63,929 bases of DNA, filler included, from Sluysia triapertura (GCA_046118255.1; 5 parts of 5 records of this genome joined end to end with filler, not necessarily neighbours in it); one strand, 5' to 3'; counted from the whole stretch's first letter, positions 41,842 to 56,059 are shown. Notes: generated by a model not told the origin, from the sequence alone. Program-made: numbers and translations.

Positions 41842-44684
41842 GTCCACCTTTATAAATATTTTAATACTTTTTAAGTTTAATAATTCTTATTTTAAATTAA
41901 TGTTTCGTATAAAGTACTAAACAATAAACAATTAAAAAATAAAACACTAAATATAAATCCATCAAATTCCAATCCAGCAACATCAAATTAATAATAGCTT
42001 ACCTGTCACCATGTTGGATTTCACATTGGATTTTATTAAAATAATTAATTAAAAATAATGATATTTTTTAATTAAAACAAAATATTAAAAATAAAAATAT
42101 TTATTTTAAAACTTTTAATATTAAATTATTTTATTAATTTTAATTTTAAAACTTTTTAATATCAAATTAAATTATATTTAATAATAAAAATAATAAATTA
42201 ATTATTTTATAAAATTATACATATGTGCAAAACTAAAATTTACAACTTGACAAAAATTTAATGGCCTGGAAGCCTTATTATCATTCATAAATAGAAAAGT
42301 ATTTACATGATTAACAATGCGTGATGCATTGATAATTTTGTTTTATGATTACCTCTAAGTTCAATGCAGAAAATACACTATAAATAGTGTTAACAGTCAT
42401 TCATAATTATGAACAACTTTATTATAATAAGTGTCCAGTCAATTACATAACATAATAAAAATGTCTCAGAGAATTCAACTGATGTAATACAATCGTGTCC
42501 AGTTTTTCATTCAGTATTTTTACAAACAATACTGTGATCAGGTTTACAAATTATTATAATCGAATTATTTTTATTAATATATTATATATAAATTATTTTT
42601 ATTAAGTTTTGATGTTCCTACGAATCGCATAAAATTCACTTTTACGAGTCATTTTAAACAGACCGTTAAAATTTAATTCAAACAACTAAAGTTCTTAGTG
42701 CCTTTAATATAAATTATATTCCTTTAATAACTTAGTAATGCTTTCTATTTGATTATTTGTCCTATTTATCTTATTAGTAATTTTGATGTTGTTTAATTAC
42801 TTCTTCATCCATAGTTTAATTCTCTGAGATCTTTTCAAAAGCCATTTTATAAAGGCTGAAAAATTACAGGGATCGTAATTAATAGCTAAAACATTTAAAA
42901 AAATCTATCGATTTCATTGTTTTCTTAAGTCGTCTTAAAATAAAACTTTCACGTCCTATTTTAAACAAGGTCTTAAAACCATTGCTTAATTGAACTCGTA
43001 TGAGAACTTCAGTTATATAACACAAATTACATTTAAAGCTTTATCAATATTAATGATAAATTTGACATATTCTACATTGTACCTACAATTTGACCTTCAT
43101 AAATTCTAACATTTTCTTCCCTGACTAAAATTCATGTGGATAAGCCCTTAAGTTTGTAAGACATGGATCCCAGCGAACTCATTGATTTAAATTAACTCAC
43201 AATTTCATCAATATTAGTAACAATGATTTCATCCTACAAACATTTAAAAGATTTCAAATAATTTACAAGGTTTACTCAAAGGTCTTAAATTTCAAAGATT
43301 CTTAAAGGTTGATGAAATTTTAAAAATTCTCAAGGATACGTTTCAAAACGTTTTCCAAGCTAAACTCAAGCTTCATCAAAGATCCCAACACTTTACAAGG
43401 GCCTTTGGAAATCCAAGGTATTTCTCAATTCTTCAACATTTTTTATTATGTTTTGTCCATCATTTTGAATCAATTTTTATGCATTTTTCAATCCCTTACA
43501 TCTTATGCAATATTTGAATAATTCTAACACCATTATCCTGCAAGAATTGCTGTGTAATAAAAATTGAAAAGTTTTCCTAGGTTTGATAATTGTAACTGAG
43601 CACCTCTAAAATTACAAAATAAATAAAGTCAATCATAAGCACACTGTTTTGAAAATAGTCTTAGAGTGACAATCAAAGTTTTAATAATGCAAAATTAATT
43701 TTACTTTTCAATTTCAAAGAGATTATTTAAATAATTTTTAAACCTACTTCACCTCATTGTCAATTAAATGAGATTTACATTGTATTTCATATTACTAATA
43801 CTGTTAACATTATGGCCTAAGGTCCGTAATAATTTCATCATCATTACATAAGCCACAAATATTTTATAATTCTAAATATTTGAAATTATTGAAAATTAAT
43901 TTTTTAGAAATTAAATTAACTTTGTTCCACAAATAATTTGTTTTTGTTAAGTAATTTATTTATTTTTCTTAATTTCTAAGGAATATTGTTGTATAATTCT
44001 TTCCCTAATTATGCACAAACATGCAATATCGTTCTATCCAAAGTAAACTCAAGTTTAATTATAATTCTCTGTACTGTTATTTTTAGTTATTCTATTGTTA
44101 AGATAGTTTCGGCTCCTCGAGTTGAAATCTTAATATATTTTTAAGCACGATTTAATGAGGGGTGAAAAACGTACAACTAAAATTTCTTAGAATTTAAATT
44201 AAATCTAAAACGCAGTTTATCTGCTATTTAAGTGATTCTTGTCAAAAAATTTGTTAATAAAATCAATAATTTGTGATTAATTGAATAAGGAGTTCGAAAG
44301 TTGCAAGTAATTAGATAAAGTAATTTATGTGAGTTAAGACTTATAAAGCGCGCGGAACGTCCAATGTACGTTGCAAGTCGTTCAATGTAACCAGACACTG
44401 CTAAAATTCATTTTGCCGAAGGTTAAGAAGTAAGAAAACGACTCAGCGCTTAATGCAATTAATGATTCGAGTATTGACGTGGAATACGGAATTAATGTAT
44501 CATAAACCCTTTAATAGTGGAAATATTTATTGATCGATCGATGAAGTCTAACTTGTATTTGAATTGCTGATCATTCAGAAAATACAAACAAACATATACT
44601 GAATAAACAAACAAATTAAATTAGTCAAATAGGTTCTATCATTATAAATGTAATAATGCGTGTCAAACATGTTTTATAATGTAC

Positions 44685-47534
44685 TTAAATGATTTCTAAT
44701 GTAAGCTCTTTAAACCAATCAATCGAATAATGTGCAGGTAAGTTAATTTCATCACTTTCTTCATTGTCAGCAGCCAGTGTCGTCAATACAACTGCAGCAC
44801 TCCATAAATTCTCCACAGAGTTGTCTTCTCCAGTCCAACAGGGAAGGACCTTTTCTTCCATTTCTTTCACCAATTCACCAACTGCATTAAGAACAGCAAC
44901 TTCGTTATTTCGAATAAAGCTCGATATATATTCGACGCGTTGAAATTGTTTACTGTTACTGCTTTGATCAACTTGCAAATATGATGAAGAGCCCAGCAAA
45001 CCCACTCGATAAATACGGTCCAATAGACACCACAGAACAAGAGAGACGCGCGACCAACGAGATATATTCGTTAACAAACTTGTCTGAAGTGCTTCTCCGC
45101 TTAAATTATTCGCCTCTACATGTGCCCATCGTAGCATGGCATATTTAAGAAGCGTTCGGATAACTAAAACTCGAATTTTGTGCCATTCCGAACGAGAATA
45201 TAATATTAAGCATTCAATAGCTCTCAGAATACAACCGTGTGCCATCCAAAGTGATTCGCGTTGTCGAGCACGAGAGCTACATTAAAATAGAGTAATAAAT
45301 CAATATTTTAAGTTTATAGATATGTTTTTCAAAGTTCAAAAGTAAAATAAATATTAAACTAATACGTGAAATTCTTAATTGGGGCTCAAATAAGTTATTA
45401 TTAATTTAAGTTGAAGAATATTTATTTGAAATATTTTCTCGATAACATTGTAGAATAAAATATTCGATTCCACAACAGCTTCATCGAAAAATTCATCATC
45501 AGATTTCGTAATTTTCTGACAACTTGATCCCAACCTATTCCTCTTTTTTAATACTTTCCACAATCGAACTCAAGGAGTGTCGTGCAGTCTGATAAAGTTC
45601 AGAATACATTTTTCATTACACGATATCATATTACCGGAAAAATTTTCATTTCCGTATTTAGGATCTGCACGATCGTGTCCTAATATCCATCGATTTTTAC
45701 TCCAATTTTCACAATTACATCCCTATGAAGATGTAATTCGGATTTCGGACTGCATTTCTTATAAACATTGTACTTTGATTATATTTCCAATATTGTAAAA
45801 TTTCTTTAATTAATCTCTCTGTTAATTCTATTTCTTCTAAATAAAGAATTTTATTTTATATTAGCTATCAAGAAGGTCTAAATGCTCTATTAATTTAGTA
45901 TATCAACTATAAAAATATGCAGCTTGAAATCAAAATAATCCTAAACTCACAAAAACGAAGAACAGGACGACGATGTCCAAAAATTGGCCAGAAACTTAGT
46001 TTCTTTGTTGACGAGATCTGGATGAGTTTGTAGATGGACGAGTGCACCCTGTAACAGATGTGGCACTAAACTCATATTACTTAGTCTTGCACCACCACCG
46101 GTTTCTTCATTGAAAGTTCGATTTTGTGAAAAACGTAATAATAAAAACTTTATATCATGCAAAAGCAAGAGATACGCGTTTTCGGGATTGCTGGTGGTAC
46201 TTCCAGTTCCAGATCCGGTACCAGAACCAGCACTAGAAGTAGTTGTACTGGCACTTGTACATGTTCCAGTTGCTGTTTGATAACGAGATAGGCAAGAGTT
46301 ATAAGAAGATAATCCGGGTGTAGATGAGAGAGGCGAGACAGCTGATGCACTTGCTGTGGTATCATCTAGATGACGTACTGAAGCACTCGATGGACCCAGA
46401 ATCGGCAAAAGATTATTACATCTTGCATTTTGGTTATGTCGAGTTGCAGCTTGCCATTCGGCCTCATTTTGAGCCTAGAATAAAAATTATAAAACAGCAA
46501 ATAACAATATCAGTTTTTATAATATTATAATGTACCCGAATGGAGTTGTTGTGACACGAGAAATGTACACACACGAAGCTGGAAAGACTGGAATGAAACT
46601 GCTGATTACTAACTCCACTCGGAAGCGACACCGTGCCACTGCCAGCCATTAAATCATGCGCCAAAACACGTCGCACGAAAGTGTATATTCCAAGCAATTC
46701 ACCTGGTCTTGTTAAGTGACCTTCTTGGCATATTGCACATCTTAGTACTTCAACTGATCCAGAATCAACTACTGATCCGGCACCACCAACACATACAATT
46801 AATCCTGTTGTGCTTGGCATCGTGCTTCCTACCGAAACTCCGATTTCTTCAGCGACATTTGAAACTCGTTCTATAGCATTATCAAGCTTCTGTTGGAGAA
46901 GAGCTAATTTCTTTGCACGGAAAGCTTTTGCACGCTCTTTCTGTCGACGAATTGCATTACCGCGCAATGCTTCTACTTCTTGCTTCATTGATTCTAGTCC
47001 ACTCGATTTGAGAGCTGATATCCTAGGAAAATAAAATGAATTTAATTAATTCGACACAAAATGAATTCAGTGATGCACTTTCATTTACACTTCATTAAAC
47101 AAAATACAAACCAATCTTCTGCCAACACTATAATAGATGACTGAGTACAGGCTTTAGCATGTTCCATACGATGTAGTAATACTAATAGACCTTCTGTATC
47201 CATGACAACCTGAGCTGCTTCTCGTGTATCCCCACCAGTACACAAAGCATGTCCCAATTCGAGAATGTACGGTAATGCTGGTTGTTCGAAGAACGCCGAT
47301 GTAGTTGAACTACTAGTACTTGAATGAATATTTGAGTTCAATTCTTCGGTTGTTGTTCGAATTTTCAATTCTGCCGGAGCCGATTCCATCAAGAACTTTG
47401 CACACAGATGCATCCAACCATACTCCACTGTCATTTTATGTCGTAGTTCCGCGGCGTCTTTATCGTAAGGTATAGACGAAACAAATGCGCAGCAGCATAT
47501 AGTCTTAAACACATCTTTCACTGCACTGAACGGC
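44685..47534 (-). CDS. UBR4: E3 ubiquitin ligase UBR4 (p600/purity of essence), last four exons
   Basis: Exons 47534-47112, 47022-46536, 46474-45951 and 45276-44685 (TAA), all GT-AG and phase-consistent. Motifs CAICQEG..LLGIYTF, VHFSCH, EWQAATRHNQNARCNNLLP and HDIKFLLLRF..TGGGARLSN are typical of the UBR4 C-terminus. Confidence 0.93.
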
Positions 47535-47705
47535 CTAAATCAAAAGGAAATGATAGATGTGATATGACGAGCTTTATAACAATTAATAAGGTGTTTTTTA
47601 TATTTGGAATTGATAAATTACATTTACAGAATAAAAATTATACATGAATTTAAATGATAATTTTAAAATAATTTAATTAAAACTTTGTAAATTAAAAGAA
47701 ACTTA

Positions 47706-48211
47706 CAGTGGTAGCCCAATGATTAGTCCAAAGACCATGTTTGTGATAAAATTCAACACGTTTCAAGGATACTATGAAACTATTAATCAAAAGTGTATAA
47801 AAACATTGTCACGGAAAATGTAAAACGTTGAAAAATAACAGATAAAATAATAGATAAAAAATAATAGATAAAAATACTGAGATTCAAAACATACAGAAAT
47901 TTTATTCATATAGAATTATAACACAATTTACTACAAATCAAATATGTACAAACTGTTGCATCAGTACTTTATTTCCCATCCTTTGTTTTCCAATAATTTC
48001 ATAATCCTTAAAGGCACAAGTGTTTGATCTCGCCATCGTGATGCCATACTTTTATCAGGGTTTCAATAAGTTCCATCCTGGTTTATGAATAGAAACTCTC
48101 CTTTTGACAATCTCCCGCACATTTTCTATGGGATTAATGTCTGGAGAGTTTCCAGGCCATGGTAGCAGCTTAACACAATGATCATCGAGAAACATATTTT
48201 GGCCACCATTG
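47706..48211 (-). mobile_element. Internally deleted Tc1-family transposon, copy 1
   Basis: TA|CAGTGGTAGCCCAA...TTTGGCCACCATTG termini. The minus strand encodes LLPWPGNSPDINPIENV.EIVKRRV. Confidence 0.85.
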
Positions 48212-48532
48212 CAGTAGTTTCAGATAAAAGTTCATAAATCCAAAATTAAGAAAGAAATATCTCGAAAAATGAATTTAACTTCAGAGGAAAATATAGAAAA
48301 ATAAGAATGACATGATATCATGGAACACAATTCACCATACTTAATTAGCGAATAGAAATACTACGGACTCAATGAAAGCACCATAAGAATAAAAAGCAAA
48401 TTAGTTTAGTATAAGAGAAATGAAAAACGAATAACTCACATAACATAAACACCAACACACAAAAATTTGTGTAGAACTTAATTAAAATATTACAAAAACC
48501 AATATTATAGCAAAATAATACAGTAGAAATTA

Positions 48533-49965
48533 TATATCTTGTTTCATAAGTATTGAACACCCTCTATTTTTGCCGTATATATACAGCACAATTTATATTA
48601 TATCAAATTAACAATACTATTTAAAAAATAAAACACGAATAAACTATTACTTATTTATCGTTTCCAATTTTATTACACTTTTAATTACACTATGTTGCAT
48701 TTAGCTAAATAAATTTCCTTTCAAAAGTATAATAGGACGTTTTTTGTAAATACATCATTAATATTATATTAGGACTTCCTTCCATTATATTTACATTGTT
48801 TTAATATTTACCGTATAATGGCCCGTGGATTTAAACTTAGTGAATACGAAAAAGGATAGATTGATGCATATTCCAAAAAAGGGAAAGTAATACAAGTATT
48901 GCCAAAAAGACATGCAACATTCAATTATTTGGATAATAGTTATAAAAAGCAATGGAAACAAATGGGCCGTCCTAAGGCACTTTCTAATCGGCAAAAAAAG
49001 AGTTTAATAAGGTATGCGAAAAATACAACATTGTCTACAACTCACATTTAGAGCTAAATTGTAATAAAACAACAGTATGGAAAATGTTAAAAATAGTAGT
49101 ACTTGCCAAACCTCCACTTACTGAGGCTCATAAAATATCAAGAATTAACTTTGCCGAAAATCATATTAATAACCACATTGAATGGATCAAGATAATATGC
49201 TCAGATGAGAAATTTAGTTTTGATGGTCCTGATGGTTATAAATACAATTGGTATCATCTAAAGGATTCAAAAGAAATATTTTCTACGAGAATTTGTGATG
49301 GAGGATCAGTTAAGGTATCGGATGTCATAATTTATGATAAAAAGCTAGCTTTACGTATGGTTGCATCAACTCTTAATGACGATAAGTACTATGATTTGAT
49401 AAAAGTACTAATTCTGTATGTCAAACTTCCAGAAAATATCAATGTCAGCTTTCAGCAGGATAACGCTCCTTCTCATCGATTTAAAACTACATTTAATAAG
49501 TCAGAGTGGCCAGCAAGATCCCCTGTCCTTAATCCAATAGAAAATTTATTGTTTCAATTATCCTTTAAAATGTACAATCAAGGAAAACGGTATACCAATA
49601 TATCTGAGTTAAAAATGCAATATTGGATGGCTGGAAAATATTGAAATAAAAAGTGTAAATACATTGATTAATTTGATGACAAAAAGAGGTGTACAGGTAT
49701 TGAAAAACTCGGGAACATCAATAAAGTACTAATTTTGTACAATACGTTGTATAGTCTCTTAAATAATAAGTTTGTATGTGTCCTAGAGTTTTAAAACAGA
49801 ATTTATTTAACTAAATGCAATGTAGTAATTAAAAATATAATAAAAATGGAAATTATAACTAAATAGTAATTTATTCATGTTTATTTATTATATTGTGTAA
49901 TTAATTCGTTGTAATATAAATCACAGCAAAATAGATGGTGTCCTATACTTTTGAAACAGGGTACA
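48533..49965 (+). mobile_element. Tc3-like Tc1/mariner transposon with about 200-bp TIRs and a decayed transposase
   Basis: Long imperfect TIRs with outer and inner repeats of TTTCAAAAGTATAGGACAC. ATG at 48818 gives MARGFKLSEYEKG*. SDEKFSFDGPDG, QQDNAPSH and WPARSPVLNPIEN are present, with stops and deletions. Confidence 0.92.
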
Positions 49966-50443
49966 TACAGGATTTATAATTTATTTAAAGCAAGTTCAAA
50001 ATAGAAGCAATATCTGTGCAATATTTTGTCGGTGCAATAATAGCGGAAAATACATTTGATAATAGGTAGTTTAAAATTTATTTAAATTTACATCGTGAAT
50101 TTTGTATGTTTCATACGCAATCATTTCACGTTATGAAAATATTGATAAAACATATTGATAAATATTGATAAAACATATAATTCAAAGTTCATAGAATAAT
50201 ATTTTAACGCCTAACGAATTCAGAAAAGATCCAAAGTGATACCATGTTAATCGTGAATAAAAATAGTCGACTGACAGACTCTCAGATCCAATAAGGAAAC
50301 TTCATTAATTCACTCAATTAACAAATCTTATGGGGCATCCTACGACAGGTTTTGAGTCTTTCACTAAAACATTCAAACAAATGTGCTAGATTTCAAGGAA
50401 AACAAAGTATTAAGAACATTCTTTTATTTAATCAACTAATGTA

Positions 50444-50942
50444 CAGTGGTGGCCAAATTATCAGACTAAAACAAGAAATAAATATTTTTCTTTGGTATTT
50501 TAATATTTGCTACCCTAGCCTGGAAACTCTCTACACATGAATCACATAGAAAATCTGTGGGAGATTGTCAAAAGGTGAGTTTCTATTCATAAACCAACCA
50601 CCAGGACGGAACTTACTGAAACTATGATAAAACTTTTGCTCAAAGCTCATCAGTGGCATATTTTTAAGGATAAGGAAATTATTGGATAACAAAGTAATGA
50701 TACGAGAGTTTGTACATATTTGATTCGTAGTAAATTGTGTTATCATTCTACATGAATTAAATTTCTGTATGTTTTGGATCTCAGTATTTTTATCTTTCAG
50801 CAAAATTTTTTGGAGAAAATAGTTATTTTCCAACAGTTTACATTTTCCGAGACAATGTTTTATAGTTTCATAGCACCTTTGAAAAATGCTGAATTTTATC
50901 ACAAAAATGGTCGTCTTTAGTCTAATAATTTGGTCACTACTG
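50444..50942 (+). mobile_element. Internally deleted Tc1-family transposon, copy 2 (inverted relative to copy 1)
   Basis: TA|CAGTGGTGGCCAAATTATCAGACTAAA ... TTTAGTCTAATAATTTGGTCACTACTG|TA. Internal PGNSLHMNHIENLWEIVKR. Confidence 0.9.
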
Positions 50943-51154
50943 TATAATTAAAATATACATTTTATTACTTTCAAAATCTACATATTCTAAATCCATCATT
51001 GAACAGCCATCTTAAGCAGGTAATGATCTTGTAGAACTAGGATGTCGCTATTTTGTATTTCAAATTTTTACGTACTCATTAAATTAATTTTAAATTAATA
51101 ATCCAATACTAACTTATTGTTATTACTATTAATACTGTTACGATTATTAGTAAC

Positions 51155-51301
51155 TATGGATATTCGACCATCAAAAAAGAGTATTAGAGACATAGTCCTG
51201 CTTTTCCCATCAGCCACGTACGGGAAAGTAATCGCATCAGTAATTTTACTAGCATTTCCAATTGACACAGAGTCAGCATCTGCAAGGAAAATATAATCGT
51301 A
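51155..51301 (-). CDS. Exon-like segment of an unidentified gene, not recognisably UBR4
   Basis: ADSVSIGNASKITDAITFPYVADGKSRTMSLILFFDGRISI, with AG acceptors before 51279 or 51301 and donor gttact. Confidence 0.35.
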
Positions 51302-51348
51302 CTTATAAATAATAATTTTTATAGGTATAATTATAAATATATTTATTA

Positions 51349-51351
<3 letters not shown>

Positions 51352-51402
<51 letters not shown>
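51352..51402. repeat. (TTA)17 microsatellite
   Basis: Directly visible. Explains the poly-Ile in ORF 51095-51436. Confidence 0.97.
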
Positions 51403-51406
<4 letters not shown>

Positions 51407-52461
51407 TGTTAGTCCTACAAAATCAATATAGGTCAAATCTGAAAATATAAATTAAATAGTCTAAATAATTAATTATAATTTAAATAGTATTCTAAGGACT
51501 ATTTAAAAATACTCTAAGAATACCTCAATAAACACCATGCACCTTGAAAAACGAATCAATATAAAACAAGGCAAAAAGCAGATTTAATTAGCGCACAGGT
51601 CAAATGAAAACATTAGAAAGCCTAAACAAATACAATGCAGATGTAGATAAATAAATTAAATGGCTAAAATTAACTATTAACTGTTGATCTTTTAATAACA
51701 ATTGTAATAACTAAATTCGTCGTATGTAATAGAATTAAATATAGGATAAATATTAATTATAGAAAATACAGAACGAAATTGGCTATAATTTCTTTAAACA
51801 TTCTTTTCATCTCATCTGCTTCTTTTGGAACTGGTTTAATTTGGTCAATATTATTGATGTTTCGCGGGGCACATTATTGAAGAATTTGTCAGAATCACAG
51901 TTATTTAATATTTTATGGGTCCAAGTAAGTGCCTTATCTAAATTAAATACGTCAAGTTTTCAAAAACTTAAAATAAAAATAAATTATTACATGAAGAAAT
52001 TAATACAATTTTAATGTAGTTTCTCTAAAATTATAATACTAATTATTATTATCATTATTATTATTATATTATAATTATAATTATTGTATTGCATTATTTT
52101 ATTATTATGACAATACATTATATCATATTACGTTATATAATATTAATTCATCAAAATAATTTAATGTAACATAATTATATCAATTTACGAGGTGATGAGA
52201 AAGCCTATTTAATTTTAAATTTACGAATAAAAATTGTATTTTTCCGAGATTATCATTAAAAATTATGTTCCTTCAAAAAATAAATAACTAATCTTAGCAT
52301 GTATTATACGATAGAGAATAATAATATATTAATTTATATTAATTTATATTGCGCTCACATCTACTGCAAAGTAAGTACTCAAAAGCGCTAAAAGTAAATC
52401 ATTCACTATAATACTACCCAAACAGAAACAACTTTGATTATGATTATGATGATATTGAAAA

Positions 52462-52561
52462 NNNNNNNNNNNNNNNNNNNNNNNNNNNNNNNNNNNNNNN
52501 NNNNNTTAATTAATTAANNNNNNNNNNNNNNNNNNNNNNNNNNNNNNNNNNNNNNNNNNNN
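52462..52561. other. Artificial scaffold-joining spacer
   Basis: 44 N + TTAATTAATTAA + 44 N. Confidence 0.97.
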
Positions 52562-53683
52562 TTGTTGCTATCTTGTTATTGTGTTGTAAAAATTTTGAAA
52601 TCTTTATTTAAACTCTCTCATCATCCAATCAAGTCACAATCTCACAAATAAGTAATTATTAAATTTTATGACTGTGAATATGACAAAGATACTTCAATAG
52701 TAAATATATCTTTAGATACATCATATTACTTTAATTATCGTGAAATTAATTATAGAATGATGGTGTACATGTTGTTTCGACAGTTAATTACAACAAATTT
52801 CTTCATTCAATCAGTGCATTAGTTCTCCGTTACTGTGATATTATCCAGACACAATTTATTAATTAAAAATGTGTTAGATTGATATTTTTGGTTTTATGCT
52901 TTATTAATTTTGTCTTGTTTTTGTTATCTATTAATTTGCTCTTTAAATTTCGTTGTTTTGATTTCGCTAGGCTTTTAAATTGTAAAACGTTAAAATAATT
53001 TTCCAAAAAGGAGTTTAATATAAACTTAAGCTAAAGCAAATATGCAGAGGCAAAATTGAATATAAAAAATTCAAAAAATTACATCATCCCCCAAAGTAAT
53101 GTCAGTGACTTATTAGTAACACTAACAGCAAGTTTCTAGATACAAATTACATTGGTTTGTAGTGTAATAAAAAATATCACTATAATTTTCGACTTGTCAC
53201 ATATGATATAAAATGTATTGTTCTATTCTATCCTTTCACAATATTTAACCAGTGTTATTTTTCACGTTAAAATTATAAATAATTTCGTCAAACACAAAAT
53301 ACATTATTGAGATTAACCACCTTTATAACTATGGACAACTGATAAATACAAAATAAAATTTAAAAAATATTTGCAAATAAATTTGGAAAAATTAAACTTT
53401 ATTTAAAATATAAAATATAAGAAATAATTTAATATATAAAATTAAAAGATAAAATAAAAATGATTTATGTCTGCAAATGAAATCCAGTATAATTAAAAAC
53501 TGCAAATATGTCAACGGTTCTCAAATGACGACTTTTTTGAATAAAATCCTGAAAATAATAAAAATAAATTAATACAATATTTGTAATGACTTGCATCATC
53601 AAACAGTTACACTGAATTTTATTGTTCCAAAATTAATTAAAGATGTTCAAAATATGTAATCGTGATAGATGTATGGAAATGTA

Positions 53684-56059
53684 TTGGGTTGTTCGGAAGG
53701 TAACTTCGTTTCTTCCCAAATTGTATTGTATTTATATTTTTTCACAGCCAACTTCACATCTAAGCCGCATAATCATTACATATTTTGACAGCTTTTTTGC
53801 TAAAAATTTTGTTTGGTACCTTATCAAAGTTGAAAAGTCGAAAACAGCGTTTTAGGCATATTTTTATTTTACTCTTACTATCTAAAAGGCAAAAATGCAA
53901 CTCAAACAAGGCGAAAATTATGTGATGTGTATGGAGGAAATGTATTGACCAAACGACAATGCAAAAGTTGGCTTGCAAAATTTCGTTCCGGCAATTTCTA
54001 GAGGGCCCGTTGAAGACGATTGATAGATGCAAACTGCCGAATTGCTGAGAGGTTAAATTTGTCGAATTCGACCGTTCATGATCACGTGATATGTCTTGGC
54101 TTAATTTCAAAACTTGACATATAGATTCGGCGTGTTTTTGAAGAACGAAAATTGCTTCGTTGCATTAACAACTGTGATTTACTTCTGAAACGTCAAGAAA
54201 ATCATCCATTTTTGAAGCACAAGACATAGGATAAAATAGATGAACCAGCTCAAACCACTTAGAAGGTCGAAGGTTATGCTATCTTTTTGGTGAGATTTCA
54301 AGCTTCTACCGGATAATACCACGATTAATTCTGCAGTGATCAACTGGACAAGTTGAACGATTCACTCAAACAGAAAAGGTAAAATGTTCCACCATGATAA
54401 TGCAAGACGTCATACAAGTTTGATAACTCGCCAAAAGCTTTTGCAGTGTGAATGGGATATAATACCGCACCCACCATATTATTATCCAGATTTTGCACCT
54501 TCGGACTATTACTTGTTCTGATTTCTGCAAAATCTTTTGGACGGGAAGACCATCACTTAAAATCAGGATGTCAAGTATCAATTGGACCATTTTTTTGCCA
54601 AATGTCAAGGTCTAATACCACACTACGCAGTATTTTGAATATAAAATAATTATAATAAAAGTAAAAGATTAGATTATAAAAAATTAATTGAAATTAAATG
54701 TAACAGATTATGAGAAATAAATTTAAATTATAAAAAATTAAACGAAATAAATTTAAAGATAGTTACGAATTTATTTAAAATTAAGAAAATATTTTAATTA
54801 TTAACTTGTACGTATTACCCTATTATCAAATATTATATTGCAATTTCGGGTGTGACACTCATATAATTTTTAATATATCTTTTATTACTTCTTGGGTTTA
54901 TTTTTGGGTGTGACACCCATAACAATTTGATATAAAAAGGAAAAAATGAACTTAACGACACACAATTTAGCAATAGTAACAATCGAGGATCAACAATTCG
55001 AATATATTCGAATACACTTGGAATAACTTCTAATTTGAACCTGTATATTGGTGGATAATATATATTATATTTGCAGAATTGGCATATTTGTGGTTTCTTG
55101 TATACCTGGTGACTCCATATTTCGGAATTGATATAAGTGAAAAATTTACGTAGAGAATTCGTTATCCAGATACTCGATATATTCAATCCGCAGCACCAAC
55201 TAAATTATTCTTTGTCAAAAAATATTAAGTCGTTAAGAAGTTATTCCCTTTTGTATAAGAATTAATATACACTTAAATTCATATTTTTATATTTTTACAG
55301 TCTCATAGACTTAAAATCTTAACTAAACTCGATTTAATCAAGGATCTATGTTTTATATGTTTTAGTACGTTTTTCAGTACGTTTTGTATAATGTATTTGT
55401 TATTTGTTGTGCATTAAAATAACCTTGTATTAAGGTATTAGAATAATAAAATGTTAATCAAGTATTAAATCAGAATAAAAGTTTATTAAGTGTTAAATTA
55501 GTAATATTTGTTATTTGTTGAAGTGTTAAAATAACTTTGTATTAAGACATTAGAGTAATACAAAGTTTATTAAGTGTTAAATCAGAATAATAAAGAGTCT
55601 TTTAAGTGTTAAATTAGATTATTAAAAGGTTATTAAGTAGTGAATTAAATGAGTAAAATTTGCAATCCGAGTCGATTACAAACGTGTTGTTATCTTAGGA
55701 AATTAGACACGTGTCTGTTTAAGTTGAATCTTTACGTAGCCGTCTAATTCTAATCGTAGACCCATATTATTTAGAAAAAGAAATCCTGTAACCTCGGCTT
55801 CCATTAAGATTTAAATCGTCGATCACAGGTGGACCGAATATAAACTATATGTGCTGTAAAGTTTATTCTTAAAATTACATAAAACACCAGCACAACAAAG
55901 ATCAGAAGCATGGAATCAATATCCTGCCCGAAAGATGGAAAAATGTAATGGACCAAAATGGAGAATATATAATTTAGTAAAATGTTTATACACTCTAAAA
56001 ATAGTCTTCATTAGTTTTCATTTTCACCAAAAAATGAAATTACTTTCCGAATAATAATA
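53684..56059 (+). mobile_element. Decayed mariner transposon (mellifera-subfamily-like), interrupted by a 1.3-kb insertion
   Basis: Left TIR TA|TTGGGTTGTTCGGAAGGTAACTTCG and right GAAATTACTTTCCGAA. Protein pieces KGKNATQTRRKLCDVYG, FHHDNARRH and HPPY..PDFAPSDYYLF, and after the insert HGINILPERWKNVMDQNGEYII*. Confidence 0.92.
54603..55897 (-). mobile_element. TG..CA-bounded LTR-like insertion nested in the mariner transposase
   Basis: The mariner frame breaks after LDHFFA (about 54602) and resumes at DQK (about 55900). The insert starts TGTCA and ends CACAACA, and that end is shared with family A. Internal degenerate repeats of about 30 bp at 55420-55640. Confidence 0.7.

Noticed and set aside
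50531-50902. 123-aa ORF, and likewise 53760-54110 and 54366-54608
   Set aside because: Antisense to transposase relics.
55420-55640. Repeats of about 30 bp as a repeat-spacer array
   Set aside because: Degenerate tandem duplications inside an LTR-like insert.
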